A stretch of DNA of 64,000 nt from a virus (lineage: Duplodnaviria; Caudoviricetes): IMG/VR virus record IMGVR_UViG_2617271113_000004, positions 32,001-96,000 of that record. One strand, given 5' to 3'. The position numbers and the translations under genes are program-made. Below are positions 48,101 to 54,801 of this stretch, piece by piece. Each line of letters opens with the position of its first letter. Positions within the stretch are counted from its first letter, which is position 1. Below the pieces are notes generated by a model. It searched no databases. It saw only the letters and a list, made by a program, of their open reading frames with translations, and was not told the origin of the DNA.

Positions 48101-50997
48101 TTAGGAGCAAATTCGATAATACGATCTCCTCGATAAGCTGTTCGAGAACCAATTGCCCACCATCGACCTTTACGGATTTCTTCTGTACCGTGAAGAAGAT
48201 CATCATAGGTTTCTTCTACGGTCATAGTGTCTTCTTCGCTTAATGGTGCAGCACCAGTCAATCCATTTAACAGATGGCCAGGTCCAACTTCCCCTATTCC
48301 TGGTATATGAATTTCCGGCATAGCTTCAAAATGCTCTATTCCTGGCTTTAACATTCTTTCTCTACGCAACTCATCAGTGGATCCAAAAGTCTCTCGTAAT
48401 TCAGCATCTTCGATTCGTTGATTAGCTTTATAATTTTCCCAACGTTCTTCGATACCAGCCCCAGTGTGTTTATCTAATAAATAATCTGTGTACTGATACC
48501 CTTCCGCTGCTCCAACAATTGGAAGCCCTCTTTTCAGCAACAGAGAACTCCAGATTTGTAACGGGCTTCCCATAGAAGCATCTGACAAACCTAAACCTAA
48601 ACTACCTAAAGCTTCTTGAATACGATATACAGGATAATACGACCCAAATATGGATAGAGTAGTTACATCTTCTGGATTTCTTCTTCCTGTTCGAAAGCTA
48701 CTTTGTTTTAATAAGTCAGCAATTCCTTCACCGCTACCTAGGTTTTTAAATATATTTGCTTTGTTTACTGCAATATATTCATTTGCAATTTGATTTGTAT
48801 GTTGAGCATTTGTATTCTTATGAAGAAGTGGATTTATTTTCTTCGCCATTTGACTTAAACTACTTTGAAAGCTTTTACTTGCATCGTCATTTTCAAGCAA
48901 AAGTCCATTAACATCCTCAAAGATTCGTTCATAATTCCCATTAACATGTCTACCAGCTTGCTCAAACATTTGCTGGTTAATTAGCCATTCGGCTTCTTGT
49001 AGATCCTTTTTTAAAATTGCTCCAGATTTTTGACTATCTTTTAACTTTTTCCTTAATTGATGTTGAACTTCTTTTGACCTCAATAGTCCATTTGGTTTCA
49101 CTTCGGTTATTTGCCTGATTAATTCTTTACCAACTTCTTGGTTTATTTCATCCATTCCTGTTTTAATTTGTATCGTACCACCCATAATCATACTTGTTTG
49201 ACCATGAGGAATGGTTTTGCCAAGTACTTCATCTGGGTTTCTTTCAAAGTTCCGATACAATTGATTAAATGCAAAACTTGTATCAATATTTTCGTCTTGG
49301 CCTAAATGTTTAAATAGACGAATCATGTCATCGTCTCTGGAGAAATTAATATTCATTTCATTAATTTTATTAAGCAGAGAAGTAGGTAGATCACTTTTAA
49401 TCTCATTAAAAACTCTTGATGATAAGCCTTTTGAATTTTGATCAAGAAAACGTTGCATGTCATGATATTGACTTGGCGAATCAATACCATGTTGCAGTGC
49501 TTTGTTTATTTTTCTTCGATCCCAATCCTTATCCCAAAATTTTGAGAATACACTAAAACCTTCAACAGCTATTGGATCTTTTTCCTGACCACCGATATCT
49601 AATAATTTAGCTAACTTGCTATTGGATGCATCCATACCCATAATAGATCTAGATCCATCTGTCATGGTTCCACTCATTTGTCTGGAAATTGTTGATATTG
49701 TTCCAAATCGGGCTGATGTCAAATACATATCTCTTTCAGGATTTAGAACTTCAAGTGGTTTATTACTCGTAATAGCCTGGTGATCAAATAAACGCATAAA
49801 TTTTCCGTTTGAAAAAATAACATCTTCAGTTAGTGGCTCATTTGCTTTCAAACCTAGATGACCATTTAGCATAGGTTGAACGGTACCACGTTTAAAAATC
49901 CTAAAGCTAGATTGCTCTCTGGCTGATCGAATATTTATGATATCCCTTAAGTGCATTAATCCACCTGGAAGAGTGTGAGACCACCATTCCATTGCGTCCC
50001 GTTTCACTTGATCTAACGGCTTATAATCTGTTAATCCAGTTGCTTTTCCATCTTTCAAATTGACATATAAATTATTATCGAATATAGCGTCCTTGAAATC
50101 CTTATTGTATCCTAATACACTATCAATTTGTGATTTTACATCCTCTGGCAAGATTGCTTTTTGACTCTTGTGTAGATCTAATACATCCTGGATGGTTGCC
50201 TGTTTAAGGTTAGATCCAATAATCGTTTGTTTTATTGTACCATTAGCTTTAGTAATACTTTCTATGTCTTTGGAAGTAGCAGCTCTTAACTTTTCTTGTA
50301 TTCCCTCTATCCATTCTTTTCCCTGTTGAGACGTTTTAGAGAAATCTTTACTTTTGTTTTTTAACCGAATATCGTTAACTAAATCAATAACACCTTTATC
50401 TTGAATTCCTTCTTGGTTTAATAAATGTCGGATATCAGAGTTACTTCCTTTTCGGAGAACACCATTATATCCACGGCCAATGCCTCTTTCAATTTGATCT
50501 GCTGTATCTTTCGTTATATTATTTGATTTTCGTACCTCTTGCATTACCGATTGAAGTCGAAGTCCTTCACTCATATATTCAGGTACATCATTTTCAATCA
50601 ATTGTTGTCGTTGTCTAAGATAACGAGTCATATCAAATTCTCTACTAGACAGTAGGCTCTTCTCTTGCTTGTCTTTGAGAGACAAAAGATCCTCTTTTTT
50701 GTTTTGATATGTATCTCTTGACTTCTTTAAACGATCTAAGCTAAAGTTTTTCGCAAACGACCCTTCTTCATTCATCGTCTCTCTAAAGGCTTGTCGGGAA
50801 GCGGATACTTCTCTATTTAAGAATCTAGAAAGTTGGCGCATTGCTCCTGATCTATGCCCAATCGCTAATGCACCAACTGCTGCAACAGCACCTAAACCAG
50901 CCTTTTGATATAAAGGCATCTCTTCATTTTCAGAAGTCAAATAACGGCGGTATTCATGATTAGAATTTTGGTAATCTTCTACTCTTAACTCTTCCAT
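45178..50997 (-). CDS. Tape-measure/ejection-like giant protein with hydrophobic helices and a degenerate thermonuclease-like domain
   Basis: 1939 aa, first gene after the tail chaperones; Gly/Ala-rich hydrophobic segments; VTVTRFLDDYTF..IRLAGVDS..DTYGTMRAVV..LNKQIIDAG. Confidence 0.6.
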   Translation of the reverse strand: MEELRVEDYQNSNHEYRRYLTSENEEMPLYQKAGLGAVAAVGALAIGHRSGAMRQLSRFLNREVSASRQAFRETMNEEGSFAKNFSLDRLKKSRDTYQNKKEDLLSLKDKQEKSLLSSREFDMTRYLRQRQQLIENDVPEYMSEGLRLQSVMQEVRKSNNITKDTADQIERGIGRGYNGVLRKGSNSDIRHLLNQEGIQDKGVIDLVNDIRLKNKSKDFSKTSQQGKEWIEGIQEKLRAATSKDIESITKANGTIKQTIIGSNLKQATIQDVLDLHKSQKAILPEDVKSQIDSVLGYNKDFKDAIFDNNLYVNLKDGKATGLTDYKPLDQVKRDAMEWWSHTLPGGLMHLRDIINIRSAREQSSFRIFKRGTVQPMLNGHLGLKANEPLTEDVIFSNGKFMRLFDHQAITSNKPLEVLNPERDMYLTSARFGTISTISRQMSGTMTDGSRSIMGMDASNSKLAKLLDIGGQEKDPIAVEGFSVFSKFWDKDWDRRKINKALQHGIDSPSQYHDMQRFLDQNSKGLSSRVFNEIKSDLPTSLLNKINEMNINFSRDDDMIRLFKHLGQDENIDTSFAFNQLYRNFERNPDEVLGKTIPHGQTSMIMGGTIQIKTGMDEINQEVGKELIRQITEVKPNGLLRSKEVQHQLRKKLKDSQKSGAILKKDLQEAEWLINQQMFEQAGRHVNGNYERIFEDVNGLLLENDDASKSFQSSLSQMAKKINPLLHKNTNAQHTNQIANEYIAVNKANIFKNLGSGEGIADLLKQSSFRTGRRNPEDVTTLSIFGSYYPVYRIQEALGSLGLGLSDASMGSPLQIWSSLLLKRGLPIVGAAEGYQYTDYLLDKHTGAGIEERWENYKANQRIEDAELRETFGSTDELRRERMLKPGIEHFEAMPEIHIPGIGEVGPGHLLNGLTGAAPLSEEDTMTVEETYDDLLHGTEEIRKGRWWAIGSRTAYRGDRIIEFAPNSYRKAHSDWEYSEVTSSAEEKYAHSLFPTFENPLGALSFLIGTRDPYWWEKKHYYDRPYMLTGDLFNSNTPFLGDIGNMTIGQLIKPTREMHKEYWGDPEVVQEEFDLLGERPVEPVTTRISPSGRIEYNVDASPEDYGARSSYYIARRRYDEDSDPTGDMIIGDPTTGKTIYLPRRLNDKYVDLNSAFIAAEQNDQRSVETEPRGMFAPSYEYQQQVDKNKINELQDPRSFEWRGQELASNWLEPHGVYNWIFMDEILGRDPYVGKTVVAKSDEAYNASDAFWESELGSLGGSLSEIGRRFIRRDSGQLDKYNPIPNTMPDWLPGGNYFINFQTGDPYSLIPHGEYRLPGEAYEKLNRLHPDETGTYGAFDKFKILADVAPWSDEYKFWKDYVTEYVEDDQLRKQAAQIKRQVSRRKQKYEFQEYLYKDAELEKEKVTVTRFLDDYTFLTEEYGDQPIRLAGVDSRANAEGVLEEYIDVGDRITIGIDADENKRISSDTYGTMRAVVFQGINSLNKQIIDAGQMKELESDFSSPGVWARFSPEEIAKGSRWESIAHFDSALNTKFLQVRTALEEYERDQIYGQDWSTWENFGITDYGIPAIHKMAGKDNPLLAGLSGAMFGGVVGRIFLGGGNRTKAGAIIGGITGLTANAFAKLYQYRNDERWIPERRRTEQDINEYFDILKYMKYAGLYEKAKEELDHLGYDADEFLRNVEEKEQRTKEARRELEEQKKQLYIEQPRNWEEKKKKINIELKKIEEQWDEIQLPTPVAQALYYKEQRDTTLYGIDPHEDRMKVMQSLPYKDKWFFNEFVDANAADRKKILELVPENQRRIYKTIWGMEAEEKKPLSYYANKYAIPDADWEGWSPEYSLDDIKVKTVMEEGIDLTDFNYWNDDIEAAALTPDLPNDYNEPEFLGYQSVEKNLRDVLQGQGLHNVQVIVKPSNGNETHTRINYQQDRSKEIEDEFRYNMDAYL

Positions 50998-51008
50998 AGC
51001 ATTCCCAC

Positions 51009-51767
51009 CTATTCAAAATCCCCTTTAAGTTCTTCTTCTGCTTTAAACCAAGAAAGTTCAGGAATTATATCTAATTCCTCATTAGGATTATAATTTATAT
51101 ATCTTCCGTTCTTTGCTTCATTTTCTTCTAGCATAGCTATCACTTCAGCTTCACTTAACTCTCCATTTTCTCCCTTCTCCTTTGAAAGTGATTGGCTAGT
51201 ATCAGTTTCATTAGTGAAGTTATATTGATAATTCTGCTGAGCAGGATTTTGTTCTTCTTGAGTAAACTGAAGTGGTACTCCTTTTAACTCTTTTAAAATG
51301 TACTCTGCTCTTGAAAGATAATACATACTCTTATTAATTGGCCAATTCGATATTTCTTCAATAGACAAAGAAGGGAAGGCTTCATGAATAATACAATCTA
51401 CCTGAAAATCAAAATGAAGCATCTCTTCACGATAGTGTTGCAGAAGCACTTCTGCCTGTCCTTCCATTAAATTAGATGTCTGGATAATATTGTTTGATAA
51501 GGATTCAGCTACTCCGGCAGGTCCTGAAGAAAAGTCATATTTAGGATGTAATACACAAAGATTACACACATGCTCTTGAAGTTTAGTAATATCGTCTTGA
51601 AAATTTATTAGAGCTTGATTATACTCTTGACGACCTATTTCTCTATATATAAAATTTAAATCCAATTCTTTTTCTTCATCACCGATATTAATCTCATAAA
51701 TATTAGCGTATTTTTCTTTCCACTCATGTACTAGACTTTCTTTTACTTGCAATCTCATTATTATCAT
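51009..51767 (-). CDS. Tail assembly chaperone-like protein 2 (paralog with C-terminal extension)
   Basis: EWKEKYANIY, YREIGRQEY, GPAGV match the 154-aa neighbour; position between tube and tape-measure slot. Confidence 0.55.
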   Translation of the reverse strand: MIIMRLQVKESLVHEWKEKYANIYEINIGDEEKELDLNFIYREIGRQEYNQALINFQDDITKLQEHVCNLCVLHPKYDFSSGPAGVAESLSNNIIQTSNLMEGQAEVLLQHYREEMLHFDFQVDCIIHEAFPSLSIEEISNWPINKSMYYLSRAEYILKELKGVPLQFTQEEQNPAQQNYQYNFTNETDTSQSLSKEKGENGELSEAEVIAMLEENEAKNGRYINYNPNEELDIIPELSWFKAEEELKGDFE

Positions 51768-51775
51768 CCCAATTT

Positions 51776-52240
51776 TTACAATTGTATTGGAGCACTTTGT
51801 GCAAAGAAGCCAGATTTACTCATAATCATTTCATTCAAAACTGTAGGTAAACCAGCGTTTCCTTTTGTTAGCTTGGAAACGGAAAAGTTTCTAGGAAATA
51901 TAACACATTTGTCAGTTATAATCTCTTCTTTATCAAAGGCAGTATAATCTTGGTTTAATGCTACTTCTCGATATTCAGCTCTATTTAATTGTCTAAACAT
52001 ATATATGTCAGAATCAAAAGGAACAAAATAAATATTTCCATACTTATCCTTCCACTCTTCAACTTCTTGTCTGGTAGGCCCTTTTGGAACTACTTCTTGC
52101 GCCCACTCTTCTTTTGAAAATTCTTCACCACGCTCGGTGATAATTACATCTTCTTTCTTCTTTTGTACTGCTTCCTCTAAATTTTCTTGTTCTTCTTTAT
52201 CTTCTGAGAACATCTCTAGTTGTTTATCCTGATTTTCCAT
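51776..52240 (-). CDS. Tail assembly chaperone-like protein 1
   Basis: EWKDKYGNIY, FRQLNRAEY, GNAGL; small and acidic; canonical position. Confidence 0.6.
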   Translation of the reverse strand: MENQDKQLEMFSEDKEEQENLEEAVQKKKEDVIITERGEEFSKEEWAQEVVPKGPTRQEVEEWKDKYGNIYFVPFDSDIYMFRQLNRAEYREVALNQDYTAFDKEEIITDKCVIFPRNFSVSKLTKGNAGLPTVLNEMIMSKSGFFAQSAPIQL

Positions 52241-52264
52241 TATAATCGCTCCTCATTTTAATAT

Positions 52265-52291
52265 TGTAATGCATTACATAATACTATTATA
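52265..52291 (-). promoter_or_regulatory. Perfect palindrome TGTAATGCATTACA (operator copy 4) downstream of a TATAAT box
   Basis: Palindrome at 52265-52278; ATTATA at 52286-52291; GAGGAG RBS of the chaperone gene downstream. Confidence 0.65.
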
Positions 52292-52298
52292 TTAGTTT

Positions 52299-53075
52299 TT
52301 AAAGTGTATTGGAAGACCCATTTAAGTCCTGTGCCATAAAAGAATAAACTTCTTGAATAGGAGCACCTTGATCTGCTGTAGCTACTCTCTTTTGCACTCC
52401 AGTTATCTGAACCCCATTGACAGTTTCAACTGTTAAATTAGGCTTTATTGATTGATCTTTAGAAGAATAAAATTGATTATTTCTATAAGACTCTTCAACT
52501 GCTCCATAGTTAATTCTTAGATTAAATCCATAGGGATTATTTCGTTGAAAATATGGCGCATAAGCATCTGTCAATAGGTGGTCTTCACCTTCTGTTTCTT
52601 CTCCCCAAATTGCACGTTCATATTCTTCTGCAATTTGCTCAAAGCTTTCTTTTCCATATAGACGAAGAATCTCATCTAGTTTATATTTTTCATAATGTTC
52701 TATATTAATTCCTTTAGAATTTGACACAGAAGTTAATGTATGTTGAATAGCTTCTGCATGCTGTAATACTTGCTGTAAATAGCTAACAGATTTAAAGTTC
52801 ATGCTAAAAGCTCCCATAATCTGTCTTCTCCCTCTTACCACTTCATCGTAAGTGTAGCTATTATATCCATAGATAGGCAAAATTTCTTCTTTTAAAGAGA
52901 ACTCTAGGCTTGTTATTTCGTCTACCCATATATCTCCGAAATAAATGTGCATATCTGCTCCGGAAAAATATTCTTGACTATATAGTTGATATTCAACTCT
53001 AGTGTCCTTTCTGTTGTAATTATCACGCTGTGGCATTAAAGTTCTTTTACTCAACCCGCTTCCTTGAATAATCAT
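52299..53075 (-). CDS. Tail tube-like paralog 3
   Basis: FSGADM..EITSLEFSLKEEILPIYGY..RGRRQIMGAF, shared with the two upstream genes. Confidence 0.6.
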   Translation of the reverse strand: MIIQGSGLSKRTLMPQRDNYNRKDTRVEYQLYSQEYFSGADMHIYFGDIWVDEITSLEFSLKEEILPIYGYNSYTYDEVVRGRRQIMGAFSMNFKSVSYLQQVLQHAEAIQHTLTSVSNSKGINIEHYEKYKLDEILRLYGKESFEQIAEEYERAIWGEETEGEDHLLTDAYAPYFQRNNPYGFNLRINYGAVEESYRNNQFYSSKDQSIKPNLTVETVNGVQITGVQKRVATADQGAPIQEVYSFMAQDLNGSSNTL

Positions 53076-53088
53076 AATTTAGACTCCT

Positions 53089-53955
53089 CTATATTTGTTT
53101 TGTCATTGGATCAATATCCAATGCATAGAATTCATATACATTTTGTGTCATCATATCATTTATACTCATAACCATTCCTTCGGTATATGTACTAACACCA
53201 TAAATAGTTAGTGTAGATCTACTTCCGAATTCATTTGCCATGGTTAAATTAATATCGAATAATGGCATTTCATCCATAAGCATTTTGTGTCCTTGTTCTT
53301 TTAGCTCCTCTATACATCGATAAACTGCACTTTGATCAAATACAACAAATGTTAGGATTCCAGTAATTGTACGCATTCCTCTTGTGTATCCTTTAGAAGT
53401 GACTCTACCTAAACCTCTAACTGGTACCTTTTCTCTTAAAATAGAATATGAAACATTAGACAACTCTCCAAATACAACTGGACTTCTTCCTGGTATTGTT
53501 ATGCTAGCTACCATGTCAGAACCAGAGTAACTATTGTTTGAATAATTATCTTGAAATTGGCTTCTTTGATTATTTGAATTAGATGGAAACTTGCTTTCTA
53601 CCGTTCCCTTATTATTATTTTGATGAAGCGGACTATCATCAATTATAATTCCATCTTTATCTAATTCATTTTTTAAATTGTCTAATTGTCTACCATACTC
53701 AAAAGACTCATTATCTGTCATTTCATTTCCATAGTTATTCTGAAGGTAATTTAATACTTTATAAGACCTTGCTTTTCCCATTGTATAACTTATAGAAGCA
53801 AATACTTCTGATATCGTCCACTTCCAACCTTGTTTCTTCATCTCTCGAAGGATGTAGTTTAATCTAAGTTCTAGTTGATGTTTAGCTATACCACTTTCTA
53901 TATATATGCTATTTTCTTTTATCAGTTTTAACATAGCTTGGATAAGTAGCTCCAT
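53089..53955 (-). CDS. Tail tube-like paralog 2 with an unrelated N-terminal extension
   Basis: YSGSDM..GELSNVSYSILREKVP..RGMRTITGILTF..PLFDINLTMANEFG. Confidence 0.6.
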   Translation of the reverse strand: MELLIQAMLKLIKENSIYIESGIAKHQLELRLNYILREMKKQGWKWTISEVFASISYTMGKARSYKVLNYLQNNYGNEMTDNESFEYGRQLDNLKNELDKDGIIIDDSPLHQNNNKGTVESKFPSNSNNQRSQFQDNYSNNSYSGSDMVASITIPGRSPVVFGELSNVSYSILREKVPVRGLGRVTSKGYTRGMRTITGILTFVVFDQSAVYRCIEELKEQGHKMLMDEMPLFDINLTMANEFGSRSTLTIYGVSTYTEGMVMSINDMMTQNVYEFYALDIDPMTKQI

Positions 53956-53971
53956 TTGCAATACCCCTTTT

Positions 53972-54002
53972 AAAAAAAGGAACAGCTGATTATGCTGTTC
54001 CT
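53972..54002 (-). terminator. Rho-independent terminator after the main tube gene
   Basis: aggaacagc-tgattat-gctgttcct stem with an A7 run on the plus strand (U-tract on the minus strand). Confidence 0.75.
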
Positions 54003-54018
54003 CTTCTGTTTTATTCTT

Positions 54019-54732
54019 TTATGCTAAAAGATCTCCACCAGATGTTCGAGCACTTGAGCGCCCTTCATATCTTAAGTTATCTTTTCTTTTAATTCCTTTA
54101 ATCTTCCGAGCAACAAAGGAATAAGCTTTTGCTGTTACGACATCATCAATGGAGAACCCAGACCCTTCATTTAATAACTGAATCCCATGAATTTCCATTC
54201 CTGATCTATTACCAAATTCGTTTGCCATTGTAATTGTAATATTGAAAGGCATTAACTGATCTGCATATTCAGGTTCATAAAATCCTGTTAAATTATCTGG
54301 ATTAAAATCTCCAGCTGAACCATAACCTAAGTTTGTCATTTGTTCATCCCAAGTTGTAATTCCATAGGTATCTGCACCATCAGCACTTCTTGATTTCAAG
54401 CCACTTAGAATTTGATCTTGAATACTGCCAGCATTTGCACGAAATGTTTGGTACTTCATAAGTGCTGGTGCATTTCCACCATAGTCTTTTCGCATTTCTT
54501 CTAATAAGGCATCTCGGTCAAATGTTACAAATACTAATGATCCAGAAATTCCTCGTTTACCTCTCGAGAAAGATCGAGGGTCTGCGCTACTCATTGTATA
54601 TATTGGAGCAACTTCTCTAGAAATACTGTAATTAAGTGCTTGAAGTTCTCCAATTACACGTCCATTGAAAGTAGCTGCAATATCTGCTCCACTGTAGGAA
54701 CTAAATGTTTTAGTATATTCTTCAGTATTCAT
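54019..54732 (-). CDS. Major tail tube protein (probable)
   Basis: Immediately after the sheath gene and followed by a terminator; YSGADI..GELQALNYSISRE..RGKRGISGSLVF; GAGGAG RBS favours the ATG at 54732. Confidence 0.7.
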   Translation of the reverse strand: MNTEEYTKTFSSYSGADIAATFNGRVIGELQALNYSISREVAPIYTMSSADPRSFSRGKRGISGSLVFVTFDRDALLEEMRKDYGGNAPALMKYQTFRANAGSIQDQILSGLKSRSADGADTYGITTWDEQMTNLGYGSAGDFNPDNLTGFYEPEYADQLMPFNITITMANEFGNRSGMEIHGIQLLNEGSGFSIDDVVTAKAYSFVARKIKGIKRKDNLRYEGRSSARTSGGDLLA

Positions 54733-54771
54733 TTCCACTTCACTCCTCAATTGGATTAAAAATCATATAAA

Positions 54772-54796
54772 TAGGGGAGGGATATCCCTCCTCCTA
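54772..54796 (-). other. GC-rich stem-loop between sheath and tube genes (mRNA stabiliser or partial terminator)
   Basis: taggggaggga-ta-tccctcctccta imperfect inverted repeat. Confidence 0.5.
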
Positions 54797-54801
54797 GCTG
54801 T

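Noticed and set aside
51740-51800. Programmed frameshift joining the two chaperone genes
   Set aside because: No clear slippery heptamer before the first stop, and the second gene has its own start and a full paralogous domain
52265-52278. Calling the palindromes canonical CcpA cre sites
   Set aside because: All four copies have a central GC rather than the conserved CG of cre, so they are reported as an unassigned operator
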